Positions 48,284 through 58,040 of a stretch of 64,000 nucleotides of DNA are shown one piece after another (position 1 is the first letter of the stretch; the number at the start of each line of letters is the position of its first letter). The stretch lies in NCBI GenBank assembly GCA_050251945.1, contig JBFWLW010000001.1, forward strand, positions 448,001 to 512,000. Direction: 5' to 3'. The notes under the pieces were generated by a model that worked only from the letters and a program-made list of their open reading frames with translations, was not told the DNA's origin and did no database searches. The translations under genes were made by a program, and so were the position numbers. Source of the stretch: Deferribacterales bacterium. GTDB taxonomy: Bacteria > Chrysiogenota > Deferribacteres > Deferribacterales > Geovibrionaceae.

Positions 48284-49773
48284 ATGAATATAGTCTGAAC
48301 AAGTCCGAACAGAAACCCAAGCACAAAGCCGAGGATGTTTATCCATCGGAAGCTGTCTTTCATAAACGAGAACAGCAGGTTTTCAACTTCGTAAAGGTCG
48401 AGCGAATTTATGCGGTTTTCAGTTATCTTCGGCAAATTCACCGATTCCACGATTCTGTCCAGATTCTTCTCGACAACCTTGTTTATCTGACCTATCAGAG
48501 CGGATTTTACCCGTCCGAACATCTTTTTTGGAATAAATCTGTATACGTTATTAATGTGTATATTCTCGCAGAAGCCGCAGAGCATGGAAACCAGCTTGCG
48601 GTCTGCTGGGCGCGCCAGTTTGCGGACATTCCCCTCGACAACATCAGAAAGTCCGGCTGATTCAATCACTTCACCAAGAGTCTTTTCCGGGTTGTTCCTG
48701 ACAAATGTAATGAGCTTTCCTGTTATCTTTTCGGCTATATCCTCCGAGGCAACAGCCCGCTGAATCGCGCTGACAAGGGAGCTTTTCAGGCTGAACACAG
48801 TCTCAAGCCCTATACTGTCGGCATGTTTGTAAAGCGGTTTTTCGTTTATCTCGCGGATATATCCGGTGAGTGCCTTTTCAATGCGGCGCTTCACGTCGTC
48901 GCTCTGCTTAACGGATGCTATAAGCTTCGGCAGATATTTGCCCACAAGGTCGCGAATGGAGTCCTCGTTAAGAAACATATTCAGAAAACCAAGCTTCATC
49001 TGGTCCACGGTGCCTTCAGAGAAGTGGTTATTCTTCATCTCGATCAGTTTATCGGCTGTTTTTTCACGAACTGCCGGATCGTCGAACGCATTTTCAAGCG
49101 AATCAAGTATTTTTGACGTTACAAAAGCGGAGAACGCAGGAATCTTATCCGACAAGGTTTTCGGGATGATATCGTTCAGAGACTTGCCCGACAGTACGAA
49201 ATTATTTATATACGCTGAAACTGCACTTCCCGCCTCTTCCTGTATCTTCTGCGATGACATAAAGCTTTCAACCGCAGTTTTCAGATTATCGTGATATTTT
49301 TCAAGCTCACCGATCTTAAACCCGTAAACAGCGTTCAAAACGTCTTCTGCCGCCGCGTCAAAGACCTTGTCCAGAAATCCGCCGGAGTTCAATGCCGAAA
49401 GCGCCGCCGAAATCACGGTCGCAGGCTGATAACCGGACTTTGATATGATGTCCGCAAGGGTGCCGTAGTCCTTTTCAAGAAAAGCTATGAGTTCATGCTC
49501 AACAGCTTTTTCCATGCGTTCCTGCACAGCGCCGTTGAAAAACGCGTTTTTTATATCTTCTCTGCGCAGAAGTTTATCACCGACAAGATGTCCGATCTCG
49601 CGTGCGAGTTTAGCCCTGTTTTTGGGAATCACACCCTGCCACCCGAAAGACAGCACGGAAGCCTTATGCGGGCGAAACAGCATTTTGATGGCAAGCCAGT
49701 TCGTGCCGTATCCCACAAGCCCCATAGCGACAGGTGTTAAAAGAAAATTAAGCGTTTGCGACAGCAACGACAA
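48268..49773 (-). CDS. DUF445-family membrane protein
   Basis: GYGTNWLAIKMLFRP, QGVIPK, C-terminal INILGFVLGFLFG. Confidence 0.85.
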   Translation of the reverse strand: MSLLSQTLNFLLTPVAMGLVGYGTNWLAIKMLFRPHKASVLSFGWQGVIPKNRAKLAREIGHLVGDKLLRREDIKNAFFNGAVQERMEKAVEHELIAFLEKDYGTLADIISKSGYQPATVISAALSALNSGGFLDKVFDAAAEDVLNAVYGFKIGELEKYHDNLKTAVESFMSSQKIQEEAGSAVSAYINNFVLSGKSLNDIIPKTLSDKIPAFSAFVTSKILDSLENAFDDPAVREKTADKLIEMKNNHFSEGTVDQMKLGFLNMFLNEDSIRDLVGKYLPKLIASVKQSDDVKRRIEKALTGYIREINEKPLYKHADSIGLETVFSLKSSLVSAIQRAVASEDIAEKITGKLITFVRNNPEKTLGEVIESAGLSDVVEGNVRKLARPADRKLVSMLCGFCENIHINNVYRFIPKKMFGRVKSALIGQINKVVEKNLDRIVESVNLPKITENRINSLDLYEVENLLFSFMKDSFRWINILGFVLGFLFGLVQTIFIYSIS

Positions 49774-50662
49774 GTCCCTCCCTCAATCCGAAATCCGAAA
49801 CTGTGAGCTTGTCCATACCCAATATACTCATAAGCTCAAGGGTAATGAGTATCCCGGGGATAAGCACTTCCTGCCTGCCCACTTCCATCCCGGGGATAAG
49901 CAGACGTTTTTCCGCAGTCATAGAGCAGAGTTTTTTAAGTATCTCCTCTATCTGCGGTTTCGCTATCTCGAAACCGTTAACCTTTATCTGGTTATAGTTT
50001 TCCATGTGCATTTCAATAGCGGCAAGTGTCGTTGGCGTACCTGCGGAACCGATGAGCATGTCCGGTTTGCACTCAAGGAATTTCACAACCTCCTGCAAAA
50101 CGCTGAACATGGGGATGCGTATTCTGTCCATCTGTTCCATTTCAAGCGCTCCGCCGAAATCGTATCGTTCCGCGAGCTTGACCACGCCCATAGGGACGCT
50201 TATTTTCTTCTGGTCTTTACCCGGTTCGGCATATATGAACTCTGTGGAGCCGCCGCCGATGTCAAACACAAGAACTTTTTTGTCTGTTGTGTCCACAGCG
50301 GAGCATACACCGTTAAAGATCAGTCCTGCCTCTGTGGTACCGTCTATCACCTGAATGTTGATACCGAGCTTGCCTGCCGCTTCGATGAGAACGCTTGAAT
50401 TGCGTGCCTCACGAACTGCGCTTGTCGCAACTGCGTGGAAGCGTTCTGATTTATGAAAAGCCATCGCCTCAGCAAAAAGTCTCAGCGCATTCATCGTTCT
50501 CTCTATGGATGCGTTGCTGAGGATGCCTTTTGTGCTCAGAACCTCTGCAAGTTTTGTAACGTGCCTGTCTTTATGTACAATATTAACTATCTTTCCGTCT
50601 TCAACATCCGCGATCATAAGTCTCACTGCATTGGAGCCAATATCTATTGCCGCTGCTCTCAT
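49748..50662 (-). CDS. ppx: Ppx/GppA phosphatase (short form)
   Basis: AIDIGSNAVRL, ATSAVREA.N, DIGGGSTE, GLREG. Confidence 0.88.
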   Translation of the reverse strand: MRAAAIDIGSNAVRLMIADVEDGKIVNIVHKDRHVTKLAEVLSTKGILSNASIERTMNALRLFAEAMAFHKSERFHAVATSAVREARNSSVLIEAAGKLGINIQVIDGTTEAGLIFNGVCSAVDTTDKKVLVFDIGGGSTEFIYAEPGKDQKKISVPMGVVKLAERYDFGGALEMEQMDRIRIPMFSVLQEVVKFLECKPDMLIGSAGTPTTLAAIEMHMENYNQIKVNGFEIAKPQIEEILKKLCSMTAEKRLLIPGMEVGRQEVLIPGILITLELMSILGMDKLTVSDFGLREGLVVAVANA

Positions 50663-50665
50663 TAA

Positions 50666-52012
50666 TCAATCCATCCTGAATCTTTTTATTCCTCTCGCCG
50701 AAACGGTGAGAACCCCACGGATGACAGCCTCCCCGTCTTTTCCGGCAACACGAAGTATGATATTCATATCGTAGGTCTTTTCCACATATTTCTTTTCGAG
50801 GTTAGTATCGGAAACAGAGTACACCAGTGTGAGAGGTTCTTCAAGCCCCGATATAAAACGCCGTACATTCAGCCGCATGATGTCTGTAACGCCGTCAATC
50901 TCGCCGTCAATGACCTCTTTTATCTTCCTGTGATTTATCCTGACCTTTTTAGAAAACCTGATTATGTTGTCAGCCGGATCATAACCGTTCACTGCGTATG
51001 CGGGCAGGTCTTTAACGGTTATAAACGCTGATTTTTCGTATGTTTTACCCATAGCATGCTTTTTACTGCTTTCATATATGCGCGTTTCAAAATCATAAAT
51101 ATGCGCGGAAAACTTCTTCCGCAGATACGCTCTGGAACTCTCCTTAATCCTGTCTTTGAACATATATCCAAGAACAAGTGCGGCGAAGAACGGCATAGTA
51201 AAATTCCCGTATCTCTGCTGCGCCCAGAAGGCTATCACGGTTGCAAACACCATTGAAAGCCCCGCCGCAGCCGCATAAACAAAAACTGTTGTGGCGGTGT
51301 CTGCTTTCTTCCTTTTCGCCGTCAGATGAAGAATTGTATAAAAATAGTTTTTCAGCCACTCATAACGGTTTATAAGCTTTTCGTTCTGCTCGTCGTCGCC
51401 CGCTGTGGACTGCGGATAATGCTCCTGTCTGTAATGCAGTTCCTCTCTGATGGTGTCGGCTATCATCTCCCTGTGGGATGCCGAAAGTCTGTCATACAGC
51501 CTGACAAGATATATATTCGTGACCACGCTGGTGAACTCGTCGCCGAGGGTGAACATCTCTATCCCGTCATGTTTTTTTCTTAGCTTGCGAAAGATATTGC
51601 GGTTCTTCTCCACATGTTCAAGAAGCAGACCGACCTCGTCTTGCGTACTGGCGTCAGTAATATTTAAGGTGTGATTGCGCAGCATGGCTCTGTAGCCGCA
51701 GACAAATTTTTTGTACATGTATTCGCAGCTTGGCGAGCGCATCGCAACGTTGCTTGTATCGTCGAAATGTTTCAGTCTTTTGTAATAGTTATTCAGATAG
51801 AAATCAGGTGTTTTCAGGCGGATATTGCGCGATAGATCCTGATAGAAATGCTTCTTTTCATATGTGGATTCATTTACGCCCATATTATTAGGAAAGAACA
51901 GAAAAAGATCAATCTGATAATCAGACCTGTCCGGCGCTCCGGCAGGAACGTATTCCAGTTTCATTTCAATGGATTTGCTGTTGTGGACACGAATATTAAC
52001 GTTGTTCCGCAT
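50666..52012 (-). CDS. hypothetical protein with two TM helices
   Basis: 448-aa ORF co-oriented with ppx; no recognised catalytic motif. Confidence 0.75.
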   Translation of the reverse strand: MRNNVNIRVHNSKSIEMKLEYVPAGAPDRSDYQIDLFLFFPNNMGVNESTYEKKHFYQDLSRNIRLKTPDFYLNNYYKRLKHFDDTSNVAMRSPSCEYMYKKFVCGYRAMLRNHTLNITDASTQDEVGLLLEHVEKNRNIFRKLRKKHDGIEMFTLGDEFTSVVTNIYLVRLYDRLSASHREMIADTIREELHYRQEHYPQSTAGDDEQNEKLINRYEWLKNYFYTILHLTAKRKKADTATTVFVYAAAAGLSMVFATVIAFWAQQRYGNFTMPFFAALVLGYMFKDRIKESSRAYLRKKFSAHIYDFETRIYESSKKHAMGKTYEKSAFITVKDLPAYAVNGYDPADNIIRFSKKVRINHRKIKEVIDGEIDGVTDIMRLNVRRFISGLEEPLTLVYSVSDTNLEKKYVEKTYDMNIILRVAGKDGEAVIRGVLTVSARGIKRFRMD

Positions 52013-52056
52013 ACTGATATAATAGCGGTCAAGTTGCTATAATGAAAGTGTTTTTA

Positions 52057-53052
52057 TTATTGCTTCTGGTTGATGTTCACTTTCTCCCTGTGTTCGTCAT
52101 AGTTCACGCTGAATGTGTGTTTATGGTTCTTATCTGCGACGAAATACAGGTAGTCGGTGTCCGCAGGATTCAAAGCCGCATCAATAGCCATTCTGCTGGG
52201 GTTGCATATCGGAGTGGGCGGAAGACCGCCGTGTCTGTATGTATTATAAGGGTTAGCGGGGTTCTGCAGGTCGTGTTTGCGCAGGTTGCCGTCGAACTCC
52301 GGCATAAGCCCGTAAATAACCGTAGGGTCCGCCTGAAGGCGCATCCCTTTTCTCAGACGGTTGTGGTAAACGGAAGATATCACAGGCGCTTCCGATGGGT
52401 CATAGGTCTCTTTCTGTATTATGGAAGCCAGAATAACTATATCGTTGACCGACATGCCAAGTGCAGCAGCACGACTTTCAATATCGGCAGGAAGCTGTTT
52501 TCTGAAATACCAGTAAAGGGTTTTGATTACCTTCCTGGGTCTGGTCATGGGTTCAAACGTGTATGTGCTCGGGTACAGATAACCCTCAAGACTGTCAAGA
52601 TGCTGTCCTGTAAGCTCGAAGATGTAGTCTTTATCACGCGTCAGGCTGAAAAACTCCTCCCCGTCGTCAACTACAAAGCGCCCCACTCTTGCTGACATAT
52701 CATAGGTGTTGAACCCTTCGGGGAAAGTGATTTTCATCGTCGACTGTTTACCCTGAATTATGAGATTCAGGAAATCTTTCAGCGGAGTATCTTCGACCTT
52801 GTAATAACCGTATTTCATATTAACGTCTATCTCTTTCATACGAATGAGATATTCCCTGAACATAAGGGGCGGGTTCAGCTCCGTTATCACACTTTCATAC
52901 ATCACGTTGAAGCCGTTCTTTTTCGGAACGGTTATTTCAGCGGTGACGCGGGTATTGTCGAGAAAATCCTCGCATTTCACCGTCCAAAGCCCGAACGATG
53001 CAGTGGCAAGGAACATCACAACTGCAAATGCGATAACTGCTATTCTTAACAT
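52057..53052 (-). CDS. mltG: endolytic transglycosylase MltG
   Basis: TFPEG, LEGYLYPSTY, LASIIQKE, LQADPTVIY, NPYNTY..GLPPTPI. Confidence 0.94.
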   Translation of the reverse strand: MLRIAVIAFAVVMFLATASFGLWTVKCEDFLDNTRVTAEITVPKKNGFNVMYESVITELNPPLMFREYLIRMKEIDVNMKYGYYKVEDTPLKDFLNLIIQGKQSTMKITFPEGFNTYDMSARVGRFVVDDGEEFFSLTRDKDYIFELTGQHLDSLEGYLYPSTYTFEPMTRPRKVIKTLYWYFRKQLPADIESRAAALGMSVNDIVILASIIQKETYDPSEAPVISSVYHNRLRKGMRLQADPTVIYGLMPEFDGNLRKHDLQNPANPYNTYRHGGLPPTPICNPSRMAIDAALNPADTDYLYFVADKNHKHTFSVNYDEHREKVNINQKQ

Positions 53053-54176
53053 TATGCACTTTTATGTTTATCTATCATATTAATAAAACGCTCGAAAAGA
53101 TATGTGGCATCCTGCGGTCCGGGTCCGTTTTCGGGGTGGTACTGCACGGAAAACATCGGGTACGTTTTATGTTTCAGCCCTTCCACTGTCTTGTCGTTCA
53201 GGTTTATGTGAGTGACCTCAACCTGATCGCCGAGGCTGTCCACGTCAACCGCGAAGCAGTGATTCTGAGCGGTGATCTCAACTTTGCCTGTCTCAAAGTC
53301 TTTAACGGGCTGATTGCCGCCATGGTGACCGAATTTCAGCTTATAAGTCTTTCCGCCCATGGCTAAACCAAGGATTTGGTTTCCGAGGCAAATTCCAAAT
53401 ACAGGGTATTTGCCGATAAGCTTTTTCGCAAGCTCAATGGCATATTTAACGGGTTCGGGGTCGCCGGGTCCGTTTGAAAGGAAGACTCCGTCCGGTTTAA
53501 GGGCGTCTATCTCCTCAAACGTTGTATTTGCGGGTACAACAGTCACTTCACAGCCCATATCCGCAAAATATCTGAGTATGTTCTTTTTTATGCCGAAATC
53601 CACAGCAACTATATGTTTCGTGGGGTTAACAACGTCAGTGTAGCCCTCTTCCAGCGTCCATGTTTTCTGTGTCCATTTATAAGCTTTTTTGCATGTTACA
53701 CTCTGAACGTAGTCCTGACCCTCGATGCTTTTGATAGCCGCCGCCATCTGTTTCAGCTTTTCAACGTCGTCAATCTCCGTGCTGATTATGGCGTTCATGG
53801 AACCCTGTTCGCGGATGTGGCGAACAAGCATCCGTGTGTCTATGCCTTCGATACCGATGACACCCTGTTCTTTCAGAAAATCGCCGAGAGACTTATTAGC
53901 TCTGTAGTTTGAGTAGATCTGGCTGCATTCTTTAACGATGAAGGCGGAGAGCCATACCTTGTCGGACTCGAAATCTTCGCTGTTGATGCCGTAGTTGCCT
54001 ATGAGCGGATATGTCATGGCGACCATCTGCCCGAAGTATGACGGATCGGTAAGTATCTCCTGATAACCTGTTATGGATGTATTAAAAACAACCTCGCCTT
54101 CGCAGGTGCCGTCTGCGCCGAATGACGTCCCTTCAAAGACAGTGCCGTCTGAAAGTACCAGAAATGCTTTTTTCAT
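53052..54176 (-). CDS. carA: carbamoyl-phosphate synthase small subunit
   Basis: GEVVFNT..TGYQE.LTDPSY, SNGPGDP, GICLG, QNH, QYHPE. Confidence 0.96.
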   Translation of the reverse strand: MKKAFLVLSDGTVFEGTSFGADGTCEGEVVFNTSITGYQEILTDPSYFGQMVAMTYPLIGNYGINSEDFESDKVWLSAFIVKECSQIYSNYRANKSLGDFLKEQGVIGIEGIDTRMLVRHIREQGSMNAIISTEIDDVEKLKQMAAAIKSIEGQDYVQSVTCKKAYKWTQKTWTLEEGYTDVVNPTKHIVAVDFGIKKNILRYFADMGCEVTVVPANTTFEEIDALKPDGVFLSNGPGDPEPVKYAIELAKKLIGKYPVFGICLGNQILGLAMGGKTYKLKFGHHGGNQPVKDFETGKVEITAQNHCFAVDVDSLGDQVEVTHINLNDKTVEGLKHKTYPMFSVQYHPENGPGPQDATYLFERFINMIDKHKSA

Positions 54177-54286
54177 TTAAATCTATACCTCGTTATTTAC
54201 TGATTAGGATTCTATGTTTTTTTTCCAAAAGTGCAAGCCTATTTCAAGTCATTTGTTACAAAACTTTCTGTTCCTTTTCTCCTGTC

Positions 54287-54370
54287 TCCCCCTTTACAAA
54301 AGGGGGACTAAGGGGGATTTAAATTAAATATTAATCAAATCCACCCCAACCCTCCTTTGCTAAAGGAGGA
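54287..54370. repeat. inverted pair of CCCTTT-N-AAAGG hairpin repeats (second repeat family)
   Basis: TCCCCCTTTACAAAAGGGGGACTAAGGGGGATTT and inverted AAATCCACCCCAACCCTCCTTTGCTAAAGGAGGA. Confidence 0.7.
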
Positions 54371-54430
54371 AGTTACACGGAGGGCAGAAAAAAACCGGAA
54401 GCAAAACTTCCGGTTAGTTTTTGAGTCTGC

Positions 54431-54505
54431 AATGAGACTGCTTCGTCCTTTTCAGTCCTCGCAGAGACGTCTTCGCGAGGGGTGTAACGACGCGGCGATC
54501 TCATT
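54431..54505. repeat. CGTC-type REP doublet, copy F (downstream of gap)
   Basis: AATGAGACTGCTTCG..CCTCGCAGAGAC|GTCTTCGCGAGG..CGCGGCGATCTCATT. Confidence 0.85.
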
Positions 54506-54515
54506 AGACATAAAT

Positions 54516-55961
54516 TTAATATGTCTGGGGATAGGTCTTAAGCCTGAGCCCGCAAATGTATTCTGCAATACGGTTAACCTGACGGCTGTATCCGTATTCG
54601 TTGTCATACCATACATAAAGAACAACGCGGTTCCCGTCGGTGATTGTGGCGAGACCGTCAACAATACCCGTGGACTTGTTGCCCACGAAGTCTGATGAAA
54701 CAACCTCTGCGCTGTTTACAAACTGAATCTGGTCTGTAAGGCTTGATGTCAGCGACATATCGCGGATATAGTCATTCACTTCATCCAGCGTCACCTGCTT
54801 CTCAAGAGTAAGATTGAGTATCGCCAGAGAAACGTTAGGTGTGGGGACACGTATAGCGTTCCCTGTCAGCTTGCCTTTAAGCTCCGGCAGCGCTTTCGCC
54901 ACAGCTTTTGCCGCGCCTGTTTCAGTGATAACCATGTTAAGGGGAGCGCCTCTGCCCCTTCTGGATTTTTTATGATAGTTGTCTATCAGGTTCTGGTCGT
55001 TTGTATATGAGTGGCAAGTCTCAACGTGACCGTTGACTATGCCGAATTTGTCCTGAACGATTTTCAGCACGGGGACGATAGCGTTTGTGGTACAGCTTGC
55101 CGCTGTTATTATTCTGTCTTCGGGTTTGATATCCTTATGGTTGATGCCGTAAACGATATTGGGCAGAGTGCCTTTGCCGGGAGCGGTAAGGATGACCTTA
55201 TCCACGCCTTTTGACTGGAGGTGCAGAGCAAGTCCCTCTTCCGTCGCCCATTTGCCCGTATTGTCTATAACAAGGGCGTTGTCTATGCCATATTGGGTAT
55301 AGTCGACCTTGTCGGGACCGTCGGAGGCGATGAACTTGACATAGTTGCCGTTAACGATGATAGCGTCCTCATCCTCAACAACGATGATAGTACCTTCAAA
55401 AGCACCGTGAACGGAGTCTCTGCGAAGCAGGCTCGCACGTTTTGCGATGTCCATCTTCTCACCTTTGCGGATGACCACCGCGCGCAGGCGAAGACCTGTG
55501 CCGACCCTTGAGCGTCCAACCATGATGCGCGCCAGAAGACGCCCGATACGTCCGAAACCGTAAAGTACGACGTCTTTCGCCTCAGGTTCTTCAAAATCGC
55601 CTGTAGTAATCTCCGCCAGTTCCGCCTTAACGAAATCCGCTACGGAGAGTTTTTTATCGGTTTTTTCATATTTGGCATAGAGTTTGCCGATATCTATTGT
55701 CGCAGGGCTGGTTTCCAGAGACGCAACAGCATCGAGAAAGGGTTCTGTGTCCCTAACTGATAGCTCTTTGTCCAGAATAAGCCTTGCAAATCTGTGTCCT
55801 TTCATAACCTGTATGGGATTTTTCCTGACCAGAGACTGACCGAAGAGTCTGATAACAACGCCTTTCTGTTTATAAAGCTTTGTTATAACCGGAACCATCT
55901 CGGTTGCAATCTCTTCGCGTTCTGTCCAGTCTTTCATGTAGGCATCAATAGCTGTCTTCAC
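54516..55961 (-). CDS. gap: glyceraldehyde-3-phosphate dehydrogenase, long N-extended type
   Basis: GFGRIGR after about 130 extra residues, AASCTTNA, RVPTPNVS, WYDNEYGY; GTG start with GGAG SD. Confidence 0.93.
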   Translation of the reverse strand: MKTAIDAYMKDWTEREEIATEMVPVITKLYKQKGVVIRLFGQSLVRKNPIQVMKGHRFARLILDKELSVRDTEPFLDAVASLETSPATIDIGKLYAKYEKTDKKLSVADFVKAELAEITTGDFEEPEAKDVVLYGFGRIGRLLARIMVGRSRVGTGLRLRAVVIRKGEKMDIAKRASLLRRDSVHGAFEGTIIVVEDEDAIIVNGNYVKFIASDGPDKVDYTQYGIDNALVIDNTGKWATEEGLALHLQSKGVDKVILTAPGKGTLPNIVYGINHKDIKPEDRIITAASCTTNAIVPVLKIVQDKFGIVNGHVETCHSYTNDQNLIDNYHKKSRRGRGAPLNMVITETGAAKAVAKALPELKGKLTGNAIRVPTPNVSLAILNLTLEKQVTLDEVNDYIRDMSLTSSLTDQIQFVNSAEVVSSDFVGNKSTGIVDGLATITDGNRVVLYVWYDNEYGYSRQVNRIAEYICGLRLKTYPQTY

Positions 55962-56121
55962 GATCAACTCCTTAATTAATAATTAGAACATCCGAACAAT
56001 GTTTCGCCGTATTAAATATTATTTTTGCAAAAAACTGAACTAAAAAAACGCCTGTGCGCAAAAAAGATGAATTTTTATCTATTTTCATGTAATATTGATA
56101 AATTTATTAAATGAGGGAGCT

Positions 56122-56547
56122 ATGAAAAAGACTGCACTTATTATAGCCGCGGTGGTGTTTATGCTGGGGGTGTTCTATTTTGCAATGCAAAACCCCACAG
56201 GTTCGGCGGGCGACCAGCCCCTAAGCCAAAACCTTGTTGATTCGGGGGTTAAAATCATCGACATCCGTACAAAGGGTGAGTGGATGCAGACAGGGATAAT
56301 TCAGAGCGCGTATACGCTTACTTATTTTGACGAAAAAGGGAATTACAACAATCAGGAATTTCTTTCGGAACTCGAAAAAATAATTCCGGATAAATCGGAA
56401 AAATTCGGCATCGTCTGCCGCTCCGGCAACAGAACATCGAAACTGCTGCCTGTTCTGCACGGCAACGGTTATGTCAATGCGTTCGATATCCTTGGCGGTG
56501 TGAAAACCGCAAAACAGGCGGGCGTTGCACTTGTCCCTTACAAATAA
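56122..56547 (+). CDS. membrane-anchored rhodanese-like protein
   Basis: IIDIRTKGEW, CRSGNRT active-site loop, ILGG. Confidence 0.85.
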   Translation: MKKTALIIAAVVFMLGVFYFAMQNPTGSAGDQPLSQNLVDSGVKIIDIRTKGEWMQTGIIQSAYTLTYFDEKGNYNNQEFLSELEKIIPDKSEKFGIVCRSGNRTSKLLPVLHGNGYVNAFDILGGVKTAKQAGVALVPYK

Positions 56548-56587
56548 ATCATTTGACAAGCGCGCCGTAATTATTTAAAAGAGACCA

Positions 56588-56699
56588 GAACCCCATGACT
56601 GACGCAGATTAAGAAGGGTTACCTTCGGGAAGTGGGGAACATATCTAAAAGCCGTGCGTCTGGGCTGTTCACAATGATGAACCGTTCGGACGCTTTTTT
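56588..56699 (+). promoter_or_regulatory. ZMP/ZTP (pfl) riboswitch with terminator expression platform
   Basis: CCCCAT-GACTGACG..GAAGG-GTTA-CCTTC..GTGGGG, linker, GCCGTGCGTCTGGGC; GACG/CGTC pseudoknot; upstream of glyA. Confidence 0.85.
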
Positions 56700-56730
56700 C
56701 GTTTCCGGACACTTTAGGAGGCTTTTTCAA

Positions 56731-57975
56731 ATGGAAGATCTCAAAAAATTTGACCCCGAACTTTACGACCTGATCAAACACGAAGAAGAGAGACAGATCG
56801 ACAAAATACGTATGATCGCATCAGAAAACTACGTCTCTCAGGCAGTTCTGGACGCCACAGGCACAGTTCTGACAAACAAATATTCCGAAGGCTACCCCGG
56901 TAAAAGATATTATGAAGGTCAGCAGTTCATCGACCCCATCGAAGTGATGGCTATCGAACGCGCGAAAGAACTTTTCGGCGCAGAACACGCAAACGTTCAA
57001 CCCTATTCCGGTTCGCCCGCTAACCTTGCGGTTTACCTTGCATTCGTTAAACCCGGCGAAACCGTTATGGGTATGGCTCTGCCCCACGGCGGACACCTTA
57101 CGCACGGTTCACCCGTGAGCATCTCCGGTAAATTTTTCAACATAGTTTCCTATGAACTGGACAAAGAAACAGGTCTTCTGAACTATGACACCATCAGAAA
57201 ACTTGCTGTCGAAAGCCAGCCTAAAATGATAATCGCTGGTCACTCCGCATATCCCCGTCAGATAGACTTTGCAAAATTCAGAGAGATAGCTGACGAAGTC
57301 GGCGCGATACTCTTTGTTGACATGGCTCACTTCGCAGGTCTCGTCGCAGGCGGCGCGCACCCCAACCCTGTTCCCTATGCGGACGTTGTAAGCACCACAA
57401 CTCATAAAACACTCAGAGGACCCAGAGGCGGCATGCTCCTTTGCAAAGAGAAGCACGCAGCGGCAATAGACAAAGCAGTTTTCCCCGGAATTCAGGGCGG
57501 ACCCCACAACCACACAACAGCAGGTATCGCGGTTGCCCTTAAAGAAGCTATGCTTCCCGAATTCAAAACATACGCAGCCAACATCTGCAAAAACGCAAAA
57601 ACAATGGCAGAAGCGCTTAAAGGTTACGGATTTACCCTCGTTACAGGCGGAACCGACAACCACCTTCTGCTCATCGACCTCACCAACAAGAACATCACTG
57701 GAAAACAGGCGGCTAAAGCCCTTGATAAAGCCGGTATCGTCCTTAACTACAACGCAGTGCCCTATGACACCCGCAAACCTTTCGACCCGTCAGGCATCAG
57801 GCTGGGGCTTGCAGCTCTGACATCCAGAGGTTTCGGCGAAGCTGAAGTTAAAAAGACTGCAGAATGGATGAACAAAGTAGTTGATAATTTCGAGAACGAA
57901 ACCCTTCTTGAAGAGACCGCCAAAGAGGTCAAAGAACTTTGCAGAAAGTTCCCCCCTCCCGGTCTCAAATACTGA
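56731..57975 (+). CDS. glyA: serine hydroxymethyltransferase
   Basis: IASENY, NKYSEGYPGKRYY, GGHLTHG, TTTHKTLRGPRGG, SGIRLG. Confidence 0.97.
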   Translation: MEDLKKFDPELYDLIKHEEERQIDKIRMIASENYVSQAVLDATGTVLTNKYSEGYPGKRYYEGQQFIDPIEVMAIERAKELFGAEHANVQPYSGSPANLAVYLAFVKPGETVMGMALPHGGHLTHGSPVSISGKFFNIVSYELDKETGLLNYDTIRKLAVESQPKMIIAGHSAYPRQIDFAKFREIADEVGAILFVDMAHFAGLVAGGAHPNPVPYADVVSTTTHKTLRGPRGGMLLCKEKHAAAIDKAVFPGIQGGPHNHTTAGIAVALKEAMLPEFKTYAANICKNAKTMAEALKGYGFTLVTGGTDNHLLLIDLTNKNITGKQAAKALDKAGIVLNYNAVPYDTRKPFDPSGIRLGLAALTSRGFGEAEVKKTAEWMNKVVDNFENETLLEETAKEVKELCRKFPPPGLKY

Positions 57976-57997
57976 TACCGAACTACAATCCTGACAT

Positions 57998-58039
57998 CAA
58001 AAAAGGCGGAGCCCCAAAGGGTTTCCGCCTTTATTTTTT
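57998..58039 (+). terminator. intrinsic terminator of glyA
   Basis: AAAGGCGGAGCCC-CAAA-GGGTTTCCGCCTTT followed by a T-run. Confidence 0.8.
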
Positions 58040-58040
58040 A

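Noticed and set aside
13160..52695. Long antisense ORFs (e.g. 13486..14277, 35328..36017, 49487..50398, 52042..52695)
   Set aside because: Shadow frames of well-supported genes with no recognisable motifs
56632..56730. Longer glyA start
   Set aside because: Runs through the riboswitch; ATG at 56731 has an AGGAGG SD
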